From positions 1,120,373-1,184,372 of the forward strand of contig JAAOMT010000003.1 in assembly GCA_016748015.1 (NCBI GenBank): DNA of 64,000 nt, written 5' to 3'. Made by a program: the position numbers and the translations under genes. The first letter of the stretch is position 1. The number at the start of each line of letters is the position of its first letter. Of the stretch, positions 1-14,088 are shown in pieces. Source of the stretch: Geosiphon pyriformis uo1 (taxonomy: Eukaryota > Fungi > Glomeromycota). Below the pieces are notes generated by a model. The model was not told where the DNA came from. It did no database searches and saw nothing but the letters and a program-made list of their open reading frames with translations.

Positions 1-3000
1 ACCATCAGGACAGGAAGATTGAAGGGTAGAAGCATGAAAAGAAGCATAAGAATTGATTCAAGGTAGTGATAGTGATCCCATCGTTTTTGAATTTTGGGTA
101 ATTTTCCTTGTTTACTCTATTAATAAATCATGCGTAAGTGCGATGTCCTTTGAGGAAATAAGAGAATAAGAGAATTCAACGGACTCACCATTGTTTGAGC
201 ATCCATCAAGGAACGGACGCATGAGACAATGTGCACTAGAAAAGCAACGACAAAAGCGAACTGATAAGGAACGAAAGATACAACCAAAATAATAAGTATC
301 ATTGTTGTAATGAGTCGACGCCAAGTTCTTGATATTTTTGATTCCTGGGGCCTAAATAACATGATAAATAAATATTTAATTTTTGATCAATAAAAAAAAA
401 ATCTTTCTTTGACCAACCGGCTTATAAACTTCGCCAAAGACGGCCCCCTGCGGCTGACAAAATACGCAAGACCCGCAAGAATTCTCAAAACAACTGATAA
501 AAGCACCCAGCAAAATGCTATCACACCAACACTCATAAGGAGAAACAGAGGTGGTAAAAACCAGAAGAAAGGATCTTGATTTCCTAATAATGTGTCGTTT
601 ACATTGAAAGAAGCTTTCATGACCTTTTGCATGTCAGCCGAAGTAGAAGCCACAGGAAAGAGATCTGCGAGGGAATACGTTTTGGAGGCTCGAGTAACAG
701 ATTGATAAATTGATAAGCCTGATACAATCAGAAGTAGAACAGGTAATGTTTGATTTATAAAAAGATTCAAAGCATTTCCAAAACCGAGAAAGGACGCTAT
801 GGAAAAATAAGAGATTGCAGTTAAACAGGCAGGTACATAAACAACTTGAATATTATAAACAATTGAAGCTTACCGCCGCAATTATATTTTCTCAATTGCA
901 CTCTGAGGGTCATTAAAACAATCATAAAAGGAAAGGCGATCAGAACGGTTTGAAATCGCATTACTATTTTACCCAAGCTTCCATATGTATCAAGTTCAAT
1001 ATCTAAAGATAAGGAAGATTGGCAGGTTGGGTCCACCCAGAATTGTAACTCAAGGCCTCTCCGTAAATGAGGTCCGCTAAAAGGTGTGACGAATGGCGCT
1101 TGACCATGGATATTTACATCAGCCTCTTTAACGTTTACGATAAATTTAGACTCGTACATTGATGAAATCGATTGGCGTACGAATGGGGCAAATAGCGGTT
1201 TCTCATTTGGAGCTTCAAAACATCATATTTCCAAGTTAGTACTAGTCCCCTAAAATAAGTTTCTTGAAGAATTTATGTTGATAGTCTAAAGGAATCTTTA
1301 CCAGAGCATTCATGGTGGCTAACAGACATTTTGTAAGTTAATAAACTGCTATCGATTATCGGAATTCGTAAAACTGAAACGAGGGAGTGATTCTCGGAAA
1401 TAGCCTCAAGATGAATACCTTCCATAATTAATTCTAACGGTTTTAACTTAAATTAGTAAATTTCTAGAAGTCCTCCAAAGTTATAAATTTATAAAGAAAT
1501 TCACAACCTTTCATGGAAGTTTCAAGGGACAATATGGTTGATTGCTCGTCATAAAATTCAGCCAACAAGAAACCATCTACCTGGCTTCTATTTTCATCCA
1601 TAATACTAATGTACTGGTAGTTACCCAAATCTTTGACTTTTAATTTCAAAAAATTAAAAGTTCTTCTCGAGAATGCGTCTCGGTCATCATTTCGGGATGC
1701 GGGCAGGACTACTGCGTCACCTGACGCTATATGACATGTTAATCGAGGAGCAGTAGGTAAGGCTAGCTCAGTTGCGGTAAGATTATCTGGATTGTTCAGA
1801 ACAAGGACCTCTGTGTGCATAATGTCACATAACAGTACATCGACATGAGAAAATTTTCCGAGGTTTTGATCCGTCAACAAGGAAAATGTATTCAGGGTGG
1901 AATGTGGAGCTGTTGGAGGTATGGGCATCAGATGCAATTTGGCGCTAGATCCTAACCTTTTCAAAACAAGCCTTTGTCCCATGCTCAAAAATGTGTGCAG
2001 TTTATTTTCCAAATTAATGATTCCAAATGTCTCTAAAAAAATCAATCAATAAAATAGTTTTTCTGAAAGTGTATTCGTCTGATTATGTTGAAATAATTAT
2101 TGCAGTACCTTTTTTGGCCTTTTGAGGATTTAAATCTGGGATCGTCTCTTCGAGACCAGTCAAGAGACTTTTTCGAAACACGACCATCCTTTCTGAAGTT
2201 GGTTTAGTTTGGCTAGCCCTTCTGATATCAACAATATCTAATAAGGTTCTAGCTATAACTTTTACCAATTGATTGCACCAGAGTATACACTGATGATCCA
2301 TAGATGTCCAAACATGGGGAATGGAGGTTGTAAACACAGTAAATCCATGTGATGCTGGTACAAGGGAATTTATATTTGCTGAATCTGAACAAACAATAGT
2401 ATCCAAAGTTCCACCAGCAATCGATATTAAAGTGACATCTGATAATGAATTCGGTGATACGACATCAGTTGAATATCCATCCCTCCAAAACACATTTATG
2501 TCCGTGTAGATTTTGCTGATCTGCCAATCGAACGGAGCCGGCGGTAGTAGATGTGGCGTAGCCAGGGTCAATATCGTATTTATAGAACCAGGTTGATAGT
2601 TGGTCATAGTAAATAACGTTCGTGCAACAATACCCCCCATTGAATGTCCAATTATAATGATTGATGCTGGGTCAGGATGTGTTTGGGATGGATGACTGTA
2701 TTGATTCTTGCGTAAGGCTGGATATAAAGACAGTATATACCTTATCGCATCATTAAGATATTCAGCCTGTTCTAAGAGCGAGTGTCCATGAAATGCGGAA
2801 AATTCTTCATTGAAATCAACTGCAGAAATTTAAATTATATAGCAAAGAGCTATTCAACGATAAACTATTAAATCTGATTAAAGCATAGAATCAATATGAC
2901 CTCATAATATTAGCATACCCGTGAAAAAATCGATTGCTCGAACTCCTTGTTCCCAAAGTTTGGGTTCTTTTGATATCGATTCATAATAAAGTACAGAGGC

Positions 3001-3655
3001 TTCAGCAGCAATAGATCGTACTTGCTTGTAACTTCCAGCATTCCCCGGAATAAATAAAGCAGGGATTCCAGTAGGCTGATCGTAAAAAATTGTGTTAAAA
3101 ATTATGCAATAGTGTGGAGTCAAAATTAGCCTAAAATCGAACCTCTTCGCTATGATCATATCCTCCTTCTCTGTACAGGTAGAGCCCGTATTTCCCAGCA
3201 AATCTGGTTTGTTCACTATCAAATCCATCTTGCTTTATAAAGGAAGGGCGCATGTATGATACTAGGCAACCTTTAGCGTCTTTTTGGTAATAAAAAAAGG
3301 AATCTAAAATGGCGACGAAGAAAACAGCCGTAATCATAAAAATTGTAAAAAGGGCAAGTGAAAAAGGTATTGAGGAGGAAGACTGACTTAAAGAGGAAAG
3401 AGATGGAGATTTCAGAGGTTTTGTTTTTGATTGAGGTTTTCGTTTGGAAGAAGTCCATGAAAGACTACTGTAATGGGGATTTCGGATCTGGTCTTTTTCT
3501 AACGAGGGTGATGTTATTAATGATGGATCCCTTTCTCTTGGCTCTTGACGGCTCATGCCGTCAACAGAAGGAAAGTTGAAAGTTTGTGAGGAGTCGGGTT
3601 CATATCGCGTGCTTATTTCAAGTTTTTCACACCCATCTGCTTCTTCGGCACCCAT
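1..3655 (-). CDS. BST1: GPI inositol-deacylase (PGAP1/Bst1), multi-exon, runs off window start
   Basis: N-terminal TM then GCLVSYMRPSF; PALFIPGNAGSYKQVRS; lipase nucleophile IGHSMGG at ~2630-2650; TLATPH and VWTSMDHQCILWCNQLV motifs; C-terminal TM-rich exons; GT-AG introns. Confidence 0.95.
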
Positions 3656-4253
3656 TGATAATTACCAGTTTCTTTGTTGGAAATTATTGTCGTCTAACGG
3701 ATTCTACAACTTAAGCTACGGTTTTGTTTGAAACATATGAATAGTTCGGGATTCCAGAAATAGTTTAAAAGCAGGAAATTTTTAAAACTGGAGCTGGGGC
3801 TTGAAAGAAAAGTCTAGTCAGATCAGAGAATAAATTCCTTGAACTTTGATGATATGCAAGAAAAGGATTTTGACAAAATTTTAGTACTTGCGAAAAAATG
3901 TGGCTAGATGATATCACCAATAGGGGGGCTAGATTAATAACAATTTGGCGGGCAAAAACAGTTTAGTTGCGTTACTTGCGTACACTTCGATGTTGTTATA
4001 TCTAGATGGTTTGACAGTGTTTGATTAGCTGTTTTTAGTTTGAAACTTCAAAAATGTTTGAAGTAGTGTGACGGTATCACGATTATTGCTTCCAAACGTA
4101 ATTTTACAGCTGAATTTAATAAAATGACAGGGAAAAGTAATCATCGACAAATCTCGGAAATCCAATTTAACGCGAACGTGAGCCACGAAATATTTTAACT
4201 TGTCGGTTCTATAATATTTATTTTTGAAACAAATGTGTGATGTTTTGAAAATC

Positions 4254-6228
4254 TTATCCATTCTCTTCGAAATCCGTACCTTCCAGAGCAGGATCTTCCT
4301 GTTCTCTTTCATCAACATCTGCTTCTTGTTCATCATATTCATCCCCTTCCCCGTCATCTTCAGCATCAATATCATCTCTTAATTCGTCTATTTCTTCACT
4401 CGAATTTTCCTGGTCGTCATCTGGCTCCTCCTGCAACATATCATCGTCACCATCATCACCATTCTCCCCGATCTCAGATACGTCTTCCAGTTCATCTATA
4501 TCCCCCTCGTTATTTTCCCCTTCCACATTTGTATTATTGGCGATGGAATTGTTGAATTGTTCGATATTCTGAATATCAATTGAATGACGAGATTTCCGCA
4601 AACGCCCTTTATTGGATTCTTTATCTGATGATGTAGCAGCAGCTTCTTTTCCCTCATTAGAAATTTGATTATTGTCTTCAATCCCAACATTACCCAGTTC
4701 TTGACTATTATCCGCGGCTGTGGATCTATCTTCCTCTTCCATATCTGCGTGGTCTTGAATATTGGGAATAGCGATAGAATCTGCCCCAACTAAGGATGTG
4801 CCTACATATGAAGACATTTCTTTCTCATAGCGTTCTTTGTCTTTGTTATACATATCAAAATATTTCTTGTGCGTAGATTCCCAAACAACATCGTTTTAAA
4901 GAAATATCCGTTAATCGAGATTCTGTGCTATAAACCCAATCAATCAAAAAAACATTAATTTACCTGTTTCTTTTCATTGGATAAGTCATGCCATTTCTTA
5001 CTCAAAATTCGTGTGACGTCTTGGAAACCTTTGTTTACATTGTCTTCTTTGGCTTGATCCCGTTCTTTTTTGCAATAGAGCAAGAAAGCATTTCGCGGCC
5101 TTTTCGGCGCATTTGGATCTCTATAAGGAACTCGTCTACGCTTACCGCTTGGTTGATCCTCAAGTAGACCTTCCTGTAATTAATTCGTATTGACAAAGGG
5201 TGATTAATTCTCATGTGAGGTAATGTGTTTCTAATTCGTGATATCATTCTGTAGAATTCAATTGATTACGAAGGGAAAGTATTGTTCTGAACGGGAATTT
5301 TATTGTTTTAAAAATGCAGAGGGGTCAACGTTGTCCAAGGATTAGTATAAAATAACGAATGACGATAAAAAATGTATATGCGCCATGAAGAATACAGGCG
5401 GTCTCGAAATAAGAAGCTCTACTATGGCGAACAGAAGAAGAGACCCTTATTGCTGCTCAATAGCTATTGGTCGGGTACTATTATGATCACTATTACTGAC
5501 CGAAGATATTTCTTCCTCCGATCCAGCTCCCTCGACTTGTGATGACCGCTCTGACTCAGATTCGTTCGTAGCCTGTGAATTCTCGAGCCGATCAAACAGA
5601 AAACTGGTAATATGTATTTTTAGCATTGAAAATGAAATATTAAATAGGAATCGGAAAAAAACTTTTAAATTTTCCAAAGTATTGACCATTAAAAATTTAG
5701 AAGTTACCTGCGTTCTATTCTCAATCGTTGAAGATTTTTTTTAGCTCTGGTAAGCTTAAGGGTTAGCATCTCGTTTTCCTTTGATCAGAGTCGAAACGGT
5801 GTTTTTTTTTTGTAAAAAATGAAAATTGACTAATTTTTACTCAAATAAATAGCCTGTAGATAAAATCTTGACCCATAAACAACCTCTTCCATTTCTCTGA
5901 TTCTTTTCTTAAGCTCTTTGTATTTTCGCTTATATTTGAGTTCTGTAAAATATGGTCAAAGGTATGCCAGAGTGTAAAAAATCAATGAAATTCTAGTATC
6001 ATTGAAGGTGTAAGCAAGTTGGAAAAAAGGGATATAAACCATCGTTAGCAGACAAGGATTTGAAAGGCTGTTTCAACTTGGACTGTTCGAGCAATTGAGT
6101 TATAAAGTAAGTTTAGCTCAAATCGTAAACTTAAGTCACGAGGAAATGCGAGACTTTGTATCCTATCGAAAGTGAGAGCTTTAACTCTGCCTCAAAATGG
6201 ATCCTTGAGCCTTTACCTTTGAAGACAT
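4254..6228 (-). CDS. NHP10: Nhp10-like INO80 subunit: N-terminal coiled coil (KYKRKYKELKKRIREMEE), HMG box, acidic tail
   Basis: Spliced by hand from ATG 6228 (MSSK|SKLKQPFKSLSAND|ELKYKRKY...); HMG box RDPNAPKRPRNAFLLYC...LSKKWHDL...YNKDKERYEKEM; D/E-rich C-terminus. Confidence 0.8.
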
Positions 6229-6534
6229 TTCGAAGATCAAGTGTTTTTTCAGTTATTAAAATTCAGCTTAAGGTTTGGCGCAGATTTATTTCCGAGGTTA
6301 AGAAATAAAAAATTAAAAGATTATAACTTATTAACGGATATTTCCCTGCTGAAAATGCAAGAATAAGGGACATTGAAATGTGTCAAGTTCGAAAGCGATA
6401 AATTTTAATAACACATAAATTGGCTATAAAGTTAAATTTGAAGTTACACAATGTTTACATGTTATAATAGTCATTACAATTCATTTGATACTAAATTCTT
6501 TTCACGTAAGAGTACTTAGTTTTCCTGCTAAATT

Positions 6535-8209
6535 ATGTATCATCCACCTCGTGGTGGGGTCAGAGGAGGCCGGGTAAGTTGTCAAGTTTTTACCAACTGA
6601 AGCCCATGTTCAGATTTTTTATGATAGTTTGGAATAAAAGACTTTTTGTTACATTAGGACCAATTTAACTGTAAGTGGTTGATCATGCTCGATCTACTCT
6701 AGGGAATGCTTTGGACAAGAGAACCTTCGGTTAGGTTATCTTTTATTGAGCTCTTTTAATTTTTGATATTTATTCCTAATTCTTATCAAATAATAGGGGA
6801 GTGAGTATAATGAGTAATGTTAACATATTGTTTCTTGAAGTTATCAAATTCTTTTAATTTATATGTTTTGAAATTTTAGCGATGTCAAGACCGACAAGCA
6901 TCGAGAAAATTATCTAGGTCATTCGATTTTAGCGCCAGTAGGGAGGTATGTATCCCTACGAATATACGTTATATAAGTAAATCATAAATGGATATTTGTA
7001 AATTAATCAAAGAGGTTGGTTCTTTCATGATACTCTAGATGGCAACTAGGTAAAAAATAATTTACATATGGAGGTTTATTATTCAACAACATGGGCTACT
7101 AGTATTAAAAAACTAATTAAAATCACAGGTAAAGATCTTACCTGGTATGCGAGGGATGGGAAAAAGGACCAGGCAAAGTTGGATGAAATCAAAGCAATCA
7201 AAGAAGCAGAAGCAGATGTGATGGCTGAATTTTTGTTAGTGATCGCAGTTTTGTGTGCTTTTTCGCTGCTTACACAAACTTTTAATTTAGCTTTCAATTT
7301 CAGAGGAGCCGGCAAGCGCAAAGTAATTAAATCCAACGTAACTCAACAAGAGCTCAACAATGTTTTAAAAAAAGAACAAGAGGAGGATGCTGAGGATGAT
7401 AACAATTTAATCAAAGTCACTCAAGAAGCTTCTAAAGGATTAGGGTTTCGAAGGTTATAGGAATGTCCCTTTTACGATATTTTATGATCTCTTATAATAA
7501 AACTTTTGTTTTATCCAGCTCGGGTCGACTTGCACTTGGGGAGATGATTTCTGTTGACGACATTAAAAGCGAAACGGTTGCTGAAGCCTCATCACAAAAT
7601 TATCAAGGCATTGGGGTTTTAGCAGCTGCAGAGGGTAGAGATGATTCTTTCAGTAGTCATTTTACATCTACAAATTATATACCAATCAATGCTAACCCTA
7701 CTCCAAAGCATAAGAAAGAAAAAAAAAAGAAAAGTAAAAGTAAAGAAAAGGATCATGAGAAAGAGAAACGCAGGCAAAAAAGGAAACGTGACGCTTCTTA
7801 TTCAATATCGGAAGATGGTGGTGTAAGTGAGAAATTATCACGAGGTCAGAAAAGTTCCCACACAACAAAACGTCCACGTTCCCCTTCTCCCTCTAAAGAA
7901 AAGGGTGAAGCGTACCGGGAACGATATCGACCCTACTCACCTCCTTATCGATACCTTAGACGGAGGAGGTCCCCTTTGCTATCTCAATCCCCTGAACCTC
8001 ATGATTCTCCTGCTCATCGAATTCATTCAAGAGAAAGACGACTTTATTATGCTGATCATAAAGACCGCAAAGAGCATGAATATCGTGATGACCATCGTAA
8101 GGAGATCCATTATTCAAATAGAAATCACCATACTCGTCCTAGAGATGATGAACCTCCTCGACAAGACAGTTATGACAATTCTAAAAGAGAATCAGATCGC
8201 ACTCGTTAG
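6535..8209 (+). CDS. MMTAG2: Multiple myeloma tumor-associated protein 2 homolog (MMtag domain, K/R/S-rich tail)
   Basis: Spliced N-terminus [52 protein letters not shown] is the MMtag signature; needs micro-exons of 13, 4 and 11 nt. Confidence 0.9.
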
Positions 8210-8604
8210 TTAAATAACACTACTGGTTTATATTATACCGTGATATTGTTCTTAATGTTTTCTTTTTGCATTTTTTGTTATTGACATTGCAAAGGTAAAA
8301 TTATAGCATTTCATTTATCAATGGTATGCAATTTTATAATGTTTTTTATTCACAAACTCAAATAGAAAATTATAAAAATGTTCTACCGGGAGGTATATAC
8401 AATGACTGGCTTTTTAGGAGATTTCGGTACTGCTTAGATATGTAAATAATTACGTAGGATTTGCTCAATGACATAATTCGGTTCGAGGACGTTGAAATAT
8501 GATGTCGTACTTATAGGATTAAAGTTGAATTGCTCGAAAACTTTATTAATCTAGAGTTAAATTTTCCGGTGGTAATGATGTGTCCTGACATATAGAACCA
8601 TCCC

Positions 8605-8950
8605 TATATTAAAAAAACTGCTTTTTATCTTTTCCAATTATCTGACATTAAATTATTAAATAATAAAAAAAAACTATTTATAAAACTCATACAGAAAAAA
8701 TAGCTAACAATTATACACAAAAACAACCCTTTATTAAATATAAATTTGTTGTAATTTTCACAACAAATCAGATTGTTTTTTTAATAACTCAATAAAAATT
8801 TTAAATTCAAGTTACTAACAAAATGTTGATTAAATATTATTAATGTTCTGGAAATGAAATTATTGCCCTGATTTAATTGAACTGGATTTAAATGTAAGAA
8901 TTAAAGGTTTTGAAACTTTAAAAAAAAGAAAAAAATAATTATATTATCTG
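8605..8950. repeat. Short AT-rich degenerate repeat relic
   Basis: Abrupt drop in GC and loss of CpG, same texture as the larger deserts. Confidence 0.5.
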
Positions 8951-9598
8951 CTTAGGAAGAAGAGGAACAAATACCAATGTTTGATGTGTGACGTTTTTCA
9001 AGCTGCACGTGACTTGAATTCATTGTCTGGCAAATTACAGATCTATGCAGGATAGGATGTTCGATGAACTTCTTAATATGTCAAATAGCATAGTGGATTT
9101 ATTTGAAACTTTCTCCGTTGCACAGCAGAGAACTAGTAGAAAGTTCAGGACTCTCCTTAGTAAAGGATTAGTCTCATAAGCTGCCCCATCAATGCTCTAT
9201 GGTAAATTGAGGTTGGACCAAACACTGAAGAAACAGGTTTATTCAAAGCTAATGCGCGCTGTGTGTCAGTTAGTTACTATTTTTTGCAATATTTATACAG
9301 AAGATCTCACTACAAGTATCCTTCAATAACTTCACTCGAATAAACCCAAAGTATCACGTGTTATATCTTCTAAACAACAAGTATATAAAAGGAAAACTCA
9401 CCCAAGGTCTGTAGAACGCGTTGTCAACGAGAGTGGGTTGTGTTGCCAAAAAAGCCCACGATAGAAACTATCCCAACTCGACCAACCATTTCGATTTCTT
9501 CCTTTTTTTCAATCTTATTAGCGTCCATCAGTAACTCTCAACCCTTAGTTTCTTCATTAAGGCTAGATTAAGTCTTCTATTTTTTCCTATTTATAAAA

Positions 9599-10648
9599 AT
9601 GGCTCCAAGAAACGAGAGGGGACCGACCTTGAGAAGTGTTCCAAAACACAAACAAAAAGTCGGGTCATCATCCGTGGGGGTTGAATACACTTTGTTCGCA
9701 AATGCTAGAGTTATTAACTTGCCCAAGATATGTAAGAGAGCTGTTGGGAAGTCAACAGTGATTAAAGATACTAAAGGCCAGGATAGTCTTGTTTCTCGCA
9801 ACAAGCGTAAGGTTGCGTCCAGCTTGAAGCAGTCTGGATACGGACAAAAGGTAATTTCATTTTAAGAACCATCTGATGCAGTAAAAAATAACAAGTTATA
9901 GCATTCTGGGGAAATTTGAGCTGGTTTCGGGCATTTTCTGCATTTGATTGTTCTAGTTGTATTGTGATCCCTGTAACAAGTTGGAAACATTGAAAACTGT
10001 CATAATTTTATGCAAGAAAACAGCGATTGTACCGTCTTTGGGTTAATTCTAAAAATAGCTAGTAAATCTCATCCAGTTGCATAAACTAACCCTTTAAATA
10101 CCACTCTGGGTTTTTGCTGTTTGCCCGTTATTTTCTGCTTCCTTTTTGCTTGGTTCCATAGATATCACCTCTCACTCGCCGAGAGGAAATCATGGCCCAG
10201 CAACATCAAGCGATGATGTGGAAACTGAAAAGTCTCGAAGTGCGAGCCCATGCGAAAGAAAGTGAGTTCGGGTTGTTATTTATTGAGTAATTATTTATAA
10301 TTGTAATAATACTAATTAAGTTTTGTGATTAGTGAAAAAAGTACTTCTTAAACAAAATAAGGAAATTCGTCGAAAGAGATTAGAATTAAGGAAACTAAAA
10401 GAGATGGAGCGGGAGCTACGCCGGGTTCTTGAACAGTGCGAGTCACAGTCTCAAGAATTATCTGTGACATCTGCTTCATTAGTGTTTCGGGTAGGAATCA
10501 CCACCTTAATATGATCGAGTTCCGGTATTGAACGAAAATTAATCTCATTCTTTTGTTTTAGTCCAACCTCAATAGGATATATATGTTGGCTGCAGCTCTC
10601 TTGTCCTTCCTGTTGGTTCGAATTTTCTCGTATTCGCATTTGGTTTGA
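9599..10648 (+). CDS. Hypothetical ~200-aa coiled-coil, tail-anchored membrane protein
   Basis: Exons 9599-9850, 10162-10261, 10333-10490, 10562-10648 join in frame via GT-AG introns; heptad-like KKVLLKQNKEIRRKRLELRKLKEMERELRR then C-terminal TM IYMLAAALLSFLLVRIF. Confidence 0.65.
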
Positions 10649-11087
10649 TCACTCGGCTTCCCGATATATAGACTTTTGTTACTTCTTTCGATCATTTTTT
10701 TTGAGAACAAAACTTCCTGCCAACGTATGTGGCCTTTCTTTTCGATAGAGTTGGAGATGCCTAGGTGGATTCAGTTTACCATTTACCAATTTAATAATAA
10801 CAATCTGATCACAAAATCGCCCTTATTTACGGTTACGTATATTTTATACAATTTGGCATTTTGTGGTCATTTTTCAACTATATAGTTCATCTTTTTGGAT
10901 CGCTTCTATTTTATACACTATTATTTTATATGCAAAAATAAGACCAAATCAACATGGGGAGAAATAAAATAAACTATTTTCATAAGTAATCTGTCTCAAA
11001 TTGTACATAATCACATTTCAGGCATGCAATGAGCTTAAGTTTCCACTTCCAGCAATTGAATCCTTTTCCAGTCAATAATCCACTGAA

Positions 11088-12305
11088 TTAGCGAACACGT
11101 TTAACTGAATTATGTTCCTCATCCTCTTCATTCTCTTCAGTGTCCATGCTAGATGATGTCCTCTTTAATTGTGAAATCCCAGGTTCCCATCCTTCACGCT
11201 TTAAGTTTTCAATCTGGTATTGGGTTTCCAATCTTTGATGCCGAAGTCGTATATCTTCAAAGTCAAGTGGCATCTGCATGTCAGGAATAGAGTTTTGAAA
11301 GACTGTAGGATTTAAGTAGATATAATCTACGAAAAGAATTAATGGTTTAAAATTTACAACTTATGTTAAGAATTATCTGAATCTGTTTAAGTTGTTTACC
11401 TGGGTTCATCTTATACAATGAAATGACAATATCTGCCACGATATTTACTCCAAATTTTTCCGGATTATCTAGCACAACTCCAAATACATAGACGACCCGT
11501 TTCTCAAATTTCTCGACAATCTGTTTCCTGAACTGGTCAAACAGGATTTTCTTTAAATTTTCGTGTAGGAAATATTGAATATAAGTCTTGTCCTGTGATA
11601 GAGATATGTAATATAGTAAGTTATTTCTTCAAAATGATAAATGACTGGCAATAAAGAACTTACCAAATAGGCAAATATACTAGATAATATATCGGCAGCT
11701 TTGGCATGATTTTTGCCAATTTCAGCGAATTTGACAACCCATTCTTCAGGTTGAGGGATTATTTCAAGTTGATTGGCGAGATCTATAAGGGTTTCTTCTA
11801 TCTCTCTCATCAAATCCGCGTGTAGCCTCTTTTGAAAACCTTGCCAACACATCCAGTATATGCTTCTACATAGACAAATTCAGGAAAATTTTAAATTAGA
11901 AATCTATTCCATATCACTCTTCGTACCTAATCAATCTGAAATGTTTGAGAACCAACCTATACAGCTCTTCGTGAGAATATGTATGAAGCGGACGCTCATT
12001 TTGTAGTTCAGCTTTTAACGCAAGTCGAACAAAGCCCGAAACTTGGGGCCAAAAGGTAGTTTCGTAGGTACATTCGTTCACTGGAACTTGAATGAGAAAT
12101 TTCAAGAGAATTATGGATGCTATCAAAGTCCAAAGTGATGTGTTTTGCACGCGTCTTTCCACTTCCAACTGGCTCTACACCTCGATGACAAATGAACCAC
12201 CTTCCTACCTGGGTTCATTCCAAAATTTGGGCCAGTAGTGCGTCGGTTTTCATTATCTCGCATTACAACATCCATGCTATTATGATCTTCGCTCTTCACA
12301 TTCAT
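11088..12305 (-). CDS. CACUL1-like protein (stand-alone cullin N-terminal repeat)
   Basis: YETTFWPQV...YSHEELYRSIYWMC...RLHADL...LSSIFAYLDKTYI cullin repeat 1; C-terminal SLYKMNPDY...FQNSIP...LKREGW..KR resembles the CACUL1 tail; no cullin homology or neddylation domain. Confidence 0.75.
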
Positions 12306-13026
12306 TAAAGTGGTAGAATATAAGAAAACAAAATGAGTCTAGGGAAGTACTTTACGCGCGTCAAACAGTCTACTGTTTGATTAAAAGTGGCTTTTCTGTA
12401 TTTATGTAAACTTTGTGTTGATTGAAAACTTGTGATGTGAGATAATTCTAATATTTGTTTCACCTGTCGAGGCGCGGATTACGGATACAAAAACCAATCC
12501 CTCCTAAATCTCGTTTAATGATGAAGCAACAAATATTCGAATCTTCAGAAATCTTAATCCTTTCACAAATGTGGCGTCAATATCATCTCTAGCATAATTT
12601 CAAGGTCAAAGGTAAATGAGCCAATTCATATTTGGCTGATCTATCTATAGGTAATTAATTCCTCAGTAATTCGCGTTAAATATTGCTCGATTTCATACTT
12701 TTTTAAATCTAGAACATTATGGTCAGTGAGAACTACCAGGGAAAATGATTTTTTAAGAATTCTCGTTGGCTATAAGAGAAAAAGCAACTTATCAATCCAT
12801 GTTTTCTTCTCCTAGTAATTATTCTAATTTTATAAACTCTTGACTAAGTCCCCCCGGAATCTTTCTCCCAATTTGGCAATGAACAAATACATACTTTTGT
12901 GTTTAGCATAGCAATGAAGAGGAAGATTACTGAACTGTGTTAAGAGATTGAAAACTTCAATTAGAAAACATATAATTTGCACGCTGATGTCAGATTTATC
13001 AAGGGGACGACCAGATTGTAATGCGC

Positions 13027-13715
13027 TTAACCAAGTTTCCTGCGGAAGGAGCAACCTATGATAAAACCAGTAAAAATTGAGCCCATTTTATGGAGAAAAG
13101 ATTTATTGAGAGCTGAGGTTTCTAGACATACCCTCAGTTAAACGAGCTCGACCACCTGTGGGTTGGCATAATACATTAGCACAGGATCCGCATTGAACAA
13201 CGGTCTGTGCATGGCTGAATACTGTTGTAATACTGAAACAACCTTTGAATTAAAGAATCACTTTTTAACTTCTGCTCAAGATTTTGTTTTTCAATAAAAT
13301 ACTGGTGAGAGGTTGCGCGTACCTGGACATTTTACGTCCATGAAATAAGAGTTTGGACTTTGAACTAATCTTTTGAGCTTATGTTGGCGTTTCTCGTGTT
13401 CAGGAGTAGGGTTTAGAAGATCGACGGTTAACTGTTAAAAGATAATATTTCGATTAGTTGAACAAAATTATAGGAAAAGTGCCTCGTCTAAAAGCAAGCT
13501 GGGAATGATAAAACTCCTATCCACGTCATAGAAATAAAAATGACTAGAACATAAAGTCGAATGGCTTGAACAAAAGGTTCAAAAAAACCCGATTATTCAA
13601 AGGTGGCATATTTTGCCGGTTATATTGACGACACCTCCCATCCATCCATCGGCCCACTCAAATCAAACACAAAAGGAATCTTTCTCGGAAATAACATAAT
13701 AAAACATACCACCAT
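13027..13715 (-). CDS. RPS27: 40S ribosomal protein S27 (eS27)
   Basis: Spliced [84 protein letters not shown]; missed by the ORF track because exons are short. Confidence 0.97.
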
Positions 13716-14088
13716 GATGACAAAGTCTTTTTGTGGGAAAGAAACAGAGTATTTTTGTAGGAAAGAAAGAAAGATAAGGTTGAAAGAACCTCAGCTATTT
13801 ATTGGAGATGGGAAATTTTTCTGATCACCCTGAAATTTTGGGGTTATTGTCAAAAAAAAATTACAAATCTGATAAATCCATAGGCTGCTTTTTCTTTCGT
13901 TAGTCACCTCGCGAGATTCAGGTTTGTTAAAGCTTATCTTCGCTTTGCCAACCATAAGTTTCTTATCATCACATATATTTCAATTTTGTTTGATAACACG
14001 GGAAATATTTGAGTTTAACGAATTATAGGAATCATAGGAAACTGAGCTTTTTTATTGTTTGTTTAGTCTAATACAAAAGCTTTCTAAA

